Source: a virus
Direction: 5' to 3' (one strand)
Length of the DNA: 64,000 nt
IMG/VR virus record: IMGVR_UViG_3300021376_000029
Location: 1 to 64,000 of that record
In this document: one piece after another, positions 19,347 to 28,051 of the stretch
Layout: each line of letters opens with the position of its first letter
Numbering within the stretch: the stretch's first letter is position 1
Position numbers and translations under genes: made by a program
The notes under the pieces: model-generated
Told to the model about the DNA's origin: nothing
Seen by the model: only the letters and a program-made list of their open reading frames with translations
Database searches by the model: none

Positions 19347-20142
19347 AGTAAGTTATACCCTCATTAAATCCAAAATCGTCTTCTGCTGTAAGTAGTGATG
19401 TATCAATAGCATCTACATCTCCATCACCATCCTGATCACTAATTGCTTTTGGTTGAACTTCATACTTAAGAACCCTAGCATTAGTAACCTTATCACCAAC
19501 ATTGATATTGGAAATAGATTTCTTAATGATGTTACCAGCAGTGACAGGACCGTACAGATAAGTCTTCGCAGTAAAACGAAGTGTCCAAGTTATATATCTT
19601 CGTGTGGAATAGTCACCTTCATAATCATCACTATAATCAACACTATTTAAAATAATTGGAATGTCACGACTCTCTTCCATTTCAGGAATAAGATTTACGG
19701 TGACTGTAAACTGTGGTTGAAAGTATGGTAAAATTTGTTCAATAATTTGAAGACCATCATCTTGTGTTTTTGTGATAATTGACAATTCAAATTCTATGTT
19801 ATAAGGAACAGGCATATACTGTTTCTTACCTACAGACCCAGTATTATCTGAAAATGCTCTATTAAACTGTGTAGGTGGAACTTTTCTGCCGCCGTCATAA
19901 GAAATTCCTGTCATTTCAAATGACATTCTTGGAATTGTGATAGTAAATTTTCTATCAATGTCTGGCGCCTGTTGAAGTCTTGTTAAAAACTTTTGAGCAG
20001 GACCATATGCCAAGGGAACTTTTTCTTGTTTTACAAACTTACCTTGTTCATCATAAGTGTTTAGTTGAATATTATTAAACAGTGTACCAAATGTGGTAAC
20101 TGTTTTACGAATAATTTTGTGATAAAAATAATTACCTAACAT
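19336..20142 (-). CDS. gp15: Tail sheath stabilizer / completion protein
   Basis: YFYHKIIRK, FGTLFNNI, VPLAYGP, PRMSFE, QIIEQILPYFQP. Confidence 0.96.
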   Translation of the reverse strand: MLGNYFYHKIIRKTVTTFGTLFNNIQLNTYDEQGKFVKQEKVPLAYGPAQKFLTRLQQAPDIDRKFTITIPRMSFEMTGISYDGGRKVPPTQFNRAFSDNTGSVGKKQYMPVPYNIEFELSIITKTQDDGLQIIEQILPYFQPQFTVTVNLIPEMEESRDIPIILNSVDYSDDYEGDYSTRRYITWTLRFTAKTYLYGPVTAGNIIKKSISNINVGDKVTNARVLKYEVQPKAISDQDGDGDVDAIDTSLLTAEDDFGFNEGITYYGP

Positions 20143-21245
20143 TAGAAGCTACCTTTAATATCTCCGAATTCACCGAAAGGATTGCTTTCAGTGAAATCAA
20201 TAATTAAATCGCCCTTAGATTCAATCTCTCTATTTTCAGAATAGGCGTCAGTCATATTTAGGGTGTCGTAAGATTGTACTCTCCACCTAGCACCTGATTC
20301 CTGACCCCTGATTAATTCATTAGGAGCAAAGTTTCCAGTGATATAAGCAACATTAAGTACTCTTTCAGTAGGTCTCCATTCACCAACCCTTGCTGTATAA
20401 TTCGCAGGTGAAGGATCTATAATGACTGTAGGCGCCCCAGAATAAGTATATGAAACTGAAGGAGGATTCACTGCAGTAACTATTCCGCCAGAAATAGTCG
20501 TTGTAGATGTAGCGATATAATTACCAAAAGAGTCATAGTAAAATACTGATGGAGCAGTTATATAACCACTTCCAGGATTGGTAATAGTAAGTGCTCCTAG
20601 TGTACCTCCACTTAATACTGCAGATGAAACAGTTGCAGTAAATCTTGTACCAAGAAGTTTTTCATCTGGTTGGTAATTGCCTAGACCACTTGGCATCATA
20701 AGGATTGGGAATACACCAGATTCCCGTTCAAGATTATCAATTTTTTCAATTCCTGTTTCAAATATACTGTCCCCATATTCAAAGATTTCACACGACATTG
20801 TGTAGACATATAAACTATTTAATTGATAGAATGGTTTTTGATTCTCTACATATTTGATTTCAAAAACAGTTTGATTTAATGGGAACCAAATTAAATCACC
20901 ATCATTAGGTCTACCAGCCACAATTTTATTTGTAGCAAGGTCAACAAAATCTTTCCATCTACGACGTGATACTGTTAATGTGATTTCATCAGTAACACGT
21001 AATCCGAACTTGGAAAGCATGTCTCCCTTACCACCAAAATTTTCAAAGTTCTCAAGATACATTTCAATAAGATAACTATCTCTATATTGAGAATGATAGA
21101 TATCATTCCACAGTTTATCTTCATAAACTTTTCTAGGAATGTAATAACATTCAATACCATACATCTTGATTTGCTCTTCAATCAAGTCATGTATTAAATT
21201 TTGCTCACCTTTTGTTCCTTGAGTGAAGTAAAGATTTCTAGTCAT
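20142..21245 (-). CDS. gp14: Neck protein with inserted beta-rich domain
   Basis: EQIKMYG, SKFGL, RPNDGDLIWFP, FEIKYVE, PFYQL, DFTESNPFG. Confidence 0.95.
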   Translation of the reverse strand: MTRNLYFTQGTKGEQNLIHDLIEEQIKMYGIECYYIPRKVYEDKLWNDIYHSQYRDSYLIEMYLENFENFGGKGDMLSKFGLRVTDEITLTVSRRRWKDFVDLATNKIVAGRPNDGDLIWFPLNQTVFEIKYVENQKPFYQLNSLYVYTMSCEIFEYGDSIFETGIEKIDNLERESGVFPILMMPSGLGNYQPDEKLLGTRFTATVSSAVLSGGTLGALTITNPGSGYITAPSVFYYDSFGNYIATSTTTISGGIVTAVNPPSVSYTYSGAPTVIIDPSPANYTARVGEWRPTERVLNVAYITGNFAPNELIRGQESGARWRVQSYDTLNMTDAYSENREIESKGDLIIDFTESNPFGEFGDIKGSF

Positions 21246-22039
21246 TATCCGATCATATCCAGAGGTGGAAGTTCTGCTGCGAGTTGGAACTCTGCCAGAA
21301 TTTTTTCAATCTCTACCTCAGCATCTTCATAAATTTCTCTACCATTTAATGTAATACCTCCAGGAAGAGATACATTTCTAAACTTAATTAAGTTCTGTCC
21401 CCACTGACGTTTGATAAGTGCAGTTGCATACTTCTTCATCCAAACATCATTCCACACCTCAGTGCATTGAGCGGGGTCAAGCATTCTGTAACAATCAATT
21501 AAGATATAATTACCTGACGTTAGTTGATCAAAATCAGTATCCAGCCAAAGTTTATTTTCTCTTTTATTAAAACGAATCGGTTTGAAGTTTGAAATAACCC
21601 AATCAAGAGTTTCCAAGTAACTCTTAATCATATAGTAATTAAGAATTTCCATTGAACCAAAGTTATAAAAATCATTCAAAAACAATTGATACTTGATACT
21701 AAAAATATTTCCTGATACTGATGATACACTATTATCCTGAGCATATACTTGAGTAATGCCAAGAATATGATCTGGAATTTGAATGTAATTATTTTGTTCT
21801 ATTAATGTTGTGCCTGATATTGTTGTATTAGTTTTTGCTGCAGCAACCATCTGAGGTGTAATCTGCATTTTAAGAATGGTACGAATACTACCATCAAAGT
21901 GACGCTCTTGAAAGAATTGAATAGCATCATCAATCGCATCTTCAATCTGATCATCATCCACATTAATTTCAAGCACAGGAAAACCAAGTTTCCTTAAGCA
22001 ATAATCAATTAATTGTTGTCTGGAGGCGGGACGAGCCAT
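21245..22039 (-). CDS. gp13: Neck protein
   Basis: LIDYCLRKLGFPVLEINVDDDQ, QWGQNLIKF, LPGGITLNG. Confidence 0.96.
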   Translation of the reverse strand: MARPASRQQLIDYCLRKLGFPVLEINVDDDQIEDAIDDAIQFFQERHFDGSIRTILKMQITPQMVAAAKTNTTISGTTLIEQNNYIQIPDHILGITQVYAQDNSVSSVSGNIFSIKYQLFLNDFYNFGSMEILNYYMIKSYLETLDWVISNFKPIRFNKRENKLWLDTDFDQLTSGNYILIDCYRMLDPAQCTEVWNDVWMKKYATALIKRQWGQNLIKFRNVSLPGGITLNGREIYEDAEVEIEKILAEFQLAAELPPLDMIG

Positions 22040-22072
22040 GAATACAAAAATAACCCTTAGTTTCCTAAAAGA

Positions 22073-22080
22073 TATTTATA
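22073..22080 (-). promoter_or_regulatory. Late promoter TATAAATA for the gp13 operon
   Basis: Exact consensus, adjoining a GAAA-loop hairpin and T run (22046-22072). Confidence 0.8.
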
Positions 22081-22082
22081 AA

Positions 22083-23318
22083 TTAATATTTAAATTCAGC
22101 ACCAGACCATCTGATTTTAGGTCGGTTTTCATCAGTCCAAGTATCTGTCATCCAACGATGAACATATGCAAGGTCTTCTCTTGAATGCATAAAAATTCTT
22201 TGAAGTGTATTAGTAGCAACCTCTCCATTGTTCACAACCTCAGTCAATTTATCAATACCAGCGGAAGGATGATAATATGTTACACGCTTAGCTTCTTCAG
22301 ATTTATCTTGCCAAAATTTACTATCTTTGAAAATTGAACCATATTGATAATGAAAAGCTAATTCTTGTTCATAACTAATCATTAACCTTTCATACTTGAC
22401 ATTATAGATGCATCTCTTAAGATAATCTATTTTTTCATTAAGATAGTCACAAATTTGACTAGCAAATTCAACATACATTAAAATTGAATATGCTTGTAAA
22501 GGTTCTACGAAAAATAAACGATTTCCATTTGCTGCAACTCTGGGGGATTCAAGAATAAATCTTGCTCTTTTTGGATTCCAAGTTATAACTTTTCCTTTTT
22601 TACCACGACTCTCTAATTTATATGTAACTTCTTCGGGAGAAATATAATTTGTATTGAATAAGTATCCCTTTCTTACAACATTTTCTTTTGGAAATGGTAA
22701 ATTAAATTCCCATCCATCCTCAGTAGCATTATGAACGGTACAATCTTTGCTTATAATTCCTGGATAAACTTCAAAATCGTCATCTCTATATAAGTATCCT
22801 GCATTTACGGTGTGAAAAGCAGGTGTTACGGATTTGTTATGATCATAATTCCAACCAGTACAATTAATAACAAAATCGTACCTTTTATCATTGACCATCA
22901 CATAATCACCATAATCTTTTAAATCTGAAACTTTTTCAGCATGATACTTTATTCCACGTTCTTCTAATGCATCATTTAAAAATTTATTTAATACTACAGT
23001 ATCAAAATGAAATGAACCTATACCACTGTTTGCATCTGGAGGATGCCCACCAAATCCATGTACCCACGGAACACCAGTACCCCAGTTAATAAATGTAACA
23101 CCACGTTTTCTGGACATCAATCCTTTTTCAATAAGATCATCCATACGAAAACCAAGTGCTTCATAAAGAAGATTTGGGAAATGTGGAGTTGTTGATTCTC
23201 CTACAGAAACAGGAGGGATATCTGGATCATAAAAAATTTCTATATCATGTTTATTCAATATACAAACACACGCTTGAATAATAGAAGAAGTGCCTTTACC
23301 AATGATTGCGATTTTCAT
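22083..23318 (-). CDS. Tryptophan halogenase-like flavoprotein (PrnA family, divergent)
   Basis: IAIIGKGTS FAD loop, VGESTTP, KxGxxFxNW, INCTG, GWEFNLP, FFVEPLQ. Confidence 0.85.
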   Translation of the reverse strand: MKIAIIGKGTSSIIQACVCILNKHDIEIFYDPDIPPVSVGESTTPHFPNLLYEALGFRMDDLIEKGLMSRKRGVTFINWGTGVPWVHGFGGHPPDANSGIGSFHFDTVVLNKFLNDALEERGIKYHAEKVSDLKDYGDYVMVNDKRYDFVINCTGWNYDHNKSVTPAFHTVNAGYLYRDDDFEVYPGIISKDCTVHNATEDGWEFNLPFPKENVVRKGYLFNTNYISPEEVTYKLESRGKKGKVITWNPKRARFILESPRVAANGNRLFFVEPLQAYSILMYVEFASQICDYLNEKIDYLKRCIYNVKYERLMISYEQELAFHYQYGSIFKDSKFWQDKSEEAKRVTYYHPSAGIDKLTEVVNNGEVATNTLQRIFMHSREDLAYVHRWMTDTWTDENRPKIRWSGAEFKY

Positions 23319-23323
23319 AATAG

Positions 23324-23869
23324 TTATCTAAGATTAAATGATAAAATAGTACGTTTAGAATTATTAAAACTAGGAACAGTAAAATGCAGTAAAGATGCTG
23401 GAAAAAGTATTAGAGATCCTTCAAATATATTTTTGGGTACAAATATTTGCTGAGAACCTGTTACAAAATCATTGTATGGGCATATAAAGTGAGTGGGTTT
23501 ATGGTATTTGGGATCAAAATCCATGAAACAAACCGCACTAAATCCAAGACCACCATGATTATGAACTTGATGAAACATATCGTTGTAGGTAGTTTCAATC
23601 CAAGAATCACTAATTTTATATGGTGGTAATCTAAATTGAATTAAAAATTGATTAATTTCTGGTTTTAAAATATTATAAACTTTTTCAGAGTAGTTATATT
23701 TTGCTTCTGCATTTTTATGATAGTCCGTTATTAAATTTTCAGTATTATGTGATGGTGCTCCTTCAAATTTTTTTAAAGATAATAATTTTTGTTTTTTATT
23801 ATCCCAATCACTTATTCTAAAATGAACAAGTGGTATTTTAAACATATCAAATACACTGACCGTACTCAT
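23324..23869 (-). CDS. 2OG-Fe(II) oxygenase (TIGR02466-like)
   Basis: W...HxH (VHNH), FSAVCF, EGSLILFP, LLH, RTILSFN. Confidence 0.85.
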   Translation of the reverse strand: MSTVSVFDMFKIPLVHFRISDWDNKKQKLLSLKKFEGAPSHNTENLITDYHKNAEAKYNYSEKVYNILKPEINQFLIQFRLPPYKISDSWIETTYNDMFHQVHNHGGLGFSAVCFMDFDPKYHKPTHFICPYNDFVTGSQQIFVPKNIFEGSLILFPASLLHFTVPSFNNSKRTILSFNLR

Positions 23870-23889
23870 ACTTTGAATCTCACTTAAAA

Positions 23890-24513
23890 TTATTTATGGT
23901 TAAAAAAGAAAACTTGATTTACTCTGTAAGTATCAAAATAGTAATCATCTTCAATATTCATTCCATGTAAAAATTTCAATCCATCAAATAGTACAAGACT
24001 ATTGAATGTTGATTTAAAAGTTTTAATAACTCTCCATTTGTTTTTATCTCTCCAAGGACAATTATGTTCACTGGTTGTTATACTGTCATTTATATTTTCA
24101 TATAAGTTAGTTCCAGCATTTTCATTTTCAGTAAAGTATACAATACCATTGTATCCATTATCTCTATGAGGCCACCAATAATTATTTTTATAATCGTTAA
24201 AATCTTTACTTATAAATTTGGTAATATTATTGACAATATAATTTTGTTTTTGAGAAGATTGAATGCAAATATTTTCTAGGTAACGATTGACATGTATTAT
24301 TTGATCAGTTTCAATCCTTTGTCTTCTATCATCAAAATGCACACCATTATAAGATGGTTTTTGATCTGCTTTCCATAAAGAAGTTTGATATTGACTAAAA
24401 AAATTAAAAACTTCTATAGGATATTTGTAAAAATTTTGTATAGTATACACAGGTGAATTGTCAATGTATTCTATATTAATTTCACTAGATGTATTGATTT
24501 CAAAAATATTCAT
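23890..24513 (-). CDS. 2OG-Fe(II) oxygenase (DUF6445-like)
   Basis: IQNFYKYP, PHRD, GTNLY, FNSLVLF, LH, RVNQVFF. Confidence 0.8.
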   Translation of the reverse strand: MNIFEINTSSEINIEYIDNSPVYTIQNFYKYPIEVFNFFSQYQTSLWKADQKPSYNGVHFDDRRQRIETDQIIHVNRYLENICIQSSQKQNYIVNNITKFISKDFNDYKNNYWWPHRDNGYNGIVYFTENENAGTNLYENINDSITTSEHNCPWRDKNKWRVIKTFKSTFNSLVLFDGLKFLHGMNIEDDYYFDTYRVNQVFFFNHK

Positions 24514-25106
24514 GTTTTTTTATTTTCTAATACTATGTTAAATGAAACTACAATTTTTTCACCAGGATTATACTGAATGGGTGTTGAGTGTTCTAAATTG
24601 CTATGAAATATAAGTAATCTTCCTGGTTCACATTTTACAGGATGTATCATGGTACTCAATTCATTCATCTTTTCTGGATTTTCATAAAAATTTTTCTGTT
24701 CGTCATGAAAAAGAATATGATTTTCTTGAGTAGTTTTTATATAGTATGCTCCAGATAAGAAAGAACCAGGATGTAAATGAGGAAATAAGAAATCACCTTT
24801 ATCACTAATATTAAACCACATTGTCTGTATGAATGCTTGAGGAATCCTTGAGCGTTGATATCCATATTCAATCATAAATTCTTTTGTTGATTTAATAATT
24901 TCATCAGCAAGTAAATTAAATGGTTGCATCTTGTGCAAATTATCAGCTCCTCCATGAGAAGAGTTGACATTAAAGTTTGCTGCTCTTCTAGTTCTAGATT
25001 TTAAATTATGAACACTTTTTTCTAATTCAGATAAAATTTCAGAACAAACATTATCTTTTATGTAATAACATTTGGGAAATATTGGTAAGATTTTACCACT
25101 CATCAT
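24510..25106 (-). CDS. 2OG-Fe(II) oxygenase (TIGR02466-like); start probably ATG at 25106 or 25103
   Basis: ILPIFP start, WFN, PHLHP, LSGAYY, GRLLIF, LEH, VSFN. Confidence 0.85.
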   Translation of the reverse strand: MMSGKILPIFPKCYYIKDNVCSEILSELEKSVHNLKSRTRRAANFNVNSSHGGADNLHKMQPFNLLADEIIKSTKEFMIEYGYQRSRIPQAFIQTMWFNISDKGDFLFPHLHPGSFLSGAYYIKTTQENHILFHDEQKNFYENPEKMNELSTMIHPVKCEPGRLLIFHSNLEHSTPIQYNPGEKIVVSFNIVLENKKT

Positions 25107-25425
25107 TTTCAGATTCCTCTCCATCTCTAGGTACAAAATCAATTACAACTTCAGGTCCTTTTCCAGTTTTTACAGCTTCTTCTAAAAGAAAATGTTTTAC
25201 CATATTAAAAGTTTCAAATACTAATTGCTGATATTCAAATTCAACCCACCATAACACATCTTCTTCATCAACATTATCATAATCTGTATCAAACGTTTCG
25301 TCATTTTCATCTACTTCCTTTGGTTTTTTTAAAACAACTTCAATTACCATGTGAGTATCAACGCCATGTTTTTCTTCTGCTTGTAAAGCAATGTCCATTA
25401 TAGGAAGTTCAGAAACTAATGCCAT
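25093..25425 (-). CDS. Acidic hypothetical protein, first gene of the minus-strand oxygenase operon
   Basis: GGAG RBS; overlaps the next gene. Confidence 0.75.
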   Translation of the reverse strand: MALVSELPIMDIALQAEEKHGVDTHMVIEVVLKKPKEVDENDETFDTDYDNVDEEDVLWWVEFEYQQLVFETFNMVKHFLLEEAVKTGKGPEVVIDFVPRDGEESENDEW

Positions 25426-25540
25426 ATAAAATCTCCGTTTATAATCTATGTAGGAACAATAAATTTATGTATATGTAGTAATAGCACTACATTTAATCTA
25501 AAATTCAAGTACTAAATAATTTAAATTCCTTAAGTATATA

Positions 25541-25574
25541 TTGACTTGACGGGATTGACTTTTTATACTAAAAT
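25541..25574 (+). promoter_or_regulatory. Two staggered sigma70-like promoters
   Basis: TTGACT(25541)-17-TATACT and TTGACG(25546)-17-TAAAAT; also TAAATA at 25513-25518. Confidence 0.75.
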
Positions 25575-25597
25575 TGTAGTTAGAGATTTTTAAAACA

Positions 25598-26068
25598 ATG
25601 AGTGTTAAACTTTGCTTACTTAAAACAGGTCAAACTGTAATTGGCGATCTTAAAGAGGTAGTTGATCATGCAGAAAACAAAACCATGGGATATAAAATTA
25701 TTGAACCCTATTCAATAGATTTTGAATACAGAAACACACTTACTGTTGATGGGAATGAAAAAGTTAAAAATTCAACTTTAGATAACGCAGGGGTAAAGTT
25801 TAATTTTTGGGCTCCTCTTTCTGCACAAAGAGAATTTAATTTTCCATATGAATTTATTGATGTAATTTATGAACCACATCAAGAAATTGTAAGTTTATAT
25901 AATTCTGTAGTTAATCATTACATTGAAGAAAATACAATTACTCAAACCGTTAATGGTGAAGATGTAATCATTACTTACAATCAAGATCTTGAAGAAAAAA
26001 TTCAAGAATCAAATCAGGTTAGATTAAAAGAAGCAGAAAATAACGAAGAACCTGAAAATCTTAACTAA
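25598..26068 (+). CDS. Hypothetical protein (possible Sm-like N-terminal domain)
   Basis: VKLCLLKTGQTVIGDL start, resembling the 5559-5957 protein. Confidence 0.75.
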   Translation: MSVKLCLLKTGQTVIGDLKEVVDHAENKTMGYKIIEPYSIDFEYRNTLTVDGNEKVKNSTLDNAGVKFNFWAPLSAQREFNFPYEFIDVIYEPHQEIVSLYNSVVNHYIEENTITQTVNGEDVIITYNQDLEEKIQESNQVRLKEAENNEEPENLN

Positions 26069-26078
26069 AGAGGTTATT

Positions 26079-26906
26079 ATGTTTGAAAATATTGACGAAA
26101 TTAAAAAAATAGATTTTACTAAACTGTTTGAAATAAATGGTTCTGAAGTTCAGTCTCAAATTTATGATAATTTAAATTATATCACCATTGACAATTTTTT
26201 TAAAAATCCACATGATATAGTTGATGTATTGAAATTATTTCCAATAAATGACAAAAGTAAATTTTACGAAAAAATTTCCGAACTGAAAAAAACTAAGTGG
26301 TTACAGCAACCAGGACTACAACAGTTTTTTCCAATTAACTACCTAGAAAGTCTTTCATTTACTTTATATAAACTTCTCGCAGAATATGATTATGTTCCAT
26401 ATGATATTGAAAATAGTGGAGACTATCTGCGTTTAGGTAGACAATTATCTCAATTTGTATATTATAGTAATATTTTTTACCCAGGAATTTTAAAAATAAG
26501 CAATAACAACCTACCTCATTTTGATCAAAGTCAATTTGCATTTAATATTTTTCTTAGCGAAAATGTTGGTGGAGGGACATCATTCTATAACTTAGTCTAC
26601 AACAATAAGAGATATGCAAGTTTAAATGCTGTTTTATCAGAAACAGATCCTGCAATGAAAGAGGGCATCAAAAATGAATTAAATAAGATGAATGATACTT
26701 GCGAAGTTGCACCTTATGATGCTTTTGAAGGAAATGAAATGTGGGAAAAATACCACACCATTGAATATAAATTTAATAGACTATGCCTTTATAAAGGTAA
26801 CTTTTGGCATAATGTATATTATGACGCAAATACAGAAACTAATATAAGATATTCTTTATCAGCTACTTACTCGCCATCAATGGATCCAAATGAAGAACAT
26901 TATTGA
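26079..26906 (+). CDS. 2OG-Fe(II) oxygenase (DUF6445-like)
   Basis: IDNFFKNP, LPHFD, GGTSFY, FNRLCLY, FWH, IRYSL; GAGG RBS. Confidence 0.8.
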   Translation: MFENIDEIKKIDFTKLFEINGSEVQSQIYDNLNYITIDNFFKNPHDIVDVLKLFPINDKSKFYEKISELKKTKWLQQPGLQQFFPINYLESLSFTLYKLLAEYDYVPYDIENSGDYLRLGRQLSQFVYYSNIFYPGILKISNNNLPHFDQSQFAFNIFLSENVGGGTSFYNLVYNNKRYASLNAVLSETDPAMKEGIKNELNKMNDTCEVAPYDAFEGNEMWEKYHTIEYKFNRLCLYKGNFWHNVYYDANTETNIRYSLSATYSPSMDPNEEHY

Positions 26907-27678
26907 TCATAAAAATAATATTTCAATATCTGATTTTAATTTATTTTCTATAAAAGAATTAGAAAATCTATTTTCTATTAATGATAATATTGAAATTAAT
27001 TTTCATAGAGCTGATCAATTAGAGTATATAACAATATCTGATTTTTTAAGGTATCCAGAAGATGTAAAAAAATTTCTAATCAAATTTCCTTCCGAAGATA
27101 GATTACAAAGTATTATAGAAATAAATCAGATAGTAGTAAATAAAGCTCCTGGATTTCAACAACCATTTAATAATATATTCTTTCTTCCATTATCAAATGC
27201 ATTACATAAAATAGCTTTTGATCATGGATTCTGTAACTATGAATATGATAAAAGATATTGGGATTTTTATTCCAATTGTCTTCATTCGGGAATGCCCTCA
27301 TTCAAGAAAAATTATTTACCGCACATTGATTCATTTGCTTTAGCTGCAAATTTATACCTTACTGATATTGAAGATACTTATACAGCATTCTTTAAATTTA
27401 TTGACTGTCAAGGAAATCAATATCCTAGCGTGCATAAATTAAAACTAAATCAACTTGCGATGAATGAATATATTAGTACGATGGCAGATTACTCTGCATC
27501 TGAAGATTTAGGTGAGTGGCAAGTATTTCGTGGCAATAAACATTTTGTTGAGTATCATAGAATACCTTCTAACTTTAATTGCATAAGTATGTACAGAGGT
27601 AAGTTCTGGCATAATGTACAGTTTGATGCTACTATACCAGACAGAATAAGATATTCTTTAGTTTGTGTACTTAAATAA
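26890..27678 (+). CDS. 2OG-Fe(II) oxygenase (DUF6445-like), paralog of the preceding gene
   Basis: ISDFLRYP, LPHID, TAFF, FN, FWH, IRYSL. Confidence 0.8.
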   Translation: MKNIIDHKNNISISDFNLFSIKELENLFSINDNIEINFHRADQLEYITISDFLRYPEDVKKFLIKFPSEDRLQSIIEINQIVVNKAPGFQQPFNNIFFLPLSNALHKIAFDHGFCNYEYDKRYWDFYSNCLHSGMPSFKKNYLPHIDSFALAANLYLTDIEDTYTAFFKFIDCQGNQYPSVHKLKLNQLAMNEYISTMADYSASEDLGEWQVFRGNKHFVEYHRIPSNFNCISMYRGKFWHNVQFDATIPDRIRYSLVCVLK

Positions 27679-27709
27679 AAAGAAACCCTCCTTTCGGAGG
27701 GTCTTTTTT
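27677..27709. terminator. Bidirectional intrinsic terminator
   Basis: A-rich run, ACCCTCC-TTTC-GGAGGGT, T run; lies between convergent genes. Confidence 0.9.
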
Positions 27710-27713
27710 ATGC

Positions 27714-28016
27714 TTATGATGGCAGTTGATATTTTACTGGTACGTGTTGATTATATACTTTTTTAATCTTAGCACTAAGAATAGGATCTTCAAAATATTT
27801 AAGTGTCAATGCATCTTTACACGATATAACTTTTTCATAAGATTGTTTTGCTGGAAGAAATTCTTCCGATTCTGGATCTATCATATGCCAATCAAAATCA
27901 CATGCTTGAATTGCTTCAACTAAATCTTCAAGGGTTACTTTATATTGTTTTGCTGAAGTATTTTCATATGGTTGAAGTGAAATATTAAGTTGTTTTGGAT
28001 CTTGGATTTCTTCCAT
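27714..28016 (-). CDS. Hypothetical protein downstream of the large fibre gene
   Basis: AGGAG RBS and TAAATA at 28044-28049. Confidence 0.75.
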   Translation of the reverse strand: MEEIQDPKQLNISLQPYENTSAKQYKVTLEDLVEAIQACDFDWHMIDPESEEFLPAKQSYEKVISCKDALTLKYFEDPILSAKIKKVYNQHVPVKYQLPS

Positions 28017-28051
28017 TTTAATTCTCCTAGTGTTTAAATTATATATTTAAA

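Noticed and set aside
3-22039. Introns, inteins, homing endonucleases, tRNAs or photosynthesis AMGs in the core module
   Set aside because: Core genes are uninterrupted and of normal length, gaps are short, and no such motifs were recognised.
25107-25142. TTG start given by the ORF track for the oxygenase
   Set aside because: It overlaps deep into the upstream gene; ATG at 25106 or 25103 gives the family-typical start.
23324-27678. 2OG enzymes as non-heme iron halogenases
   Set aside because: All have HxD or HxH ligands, not the HxG/HxA of SyrB2/WelO5-type halogenases.
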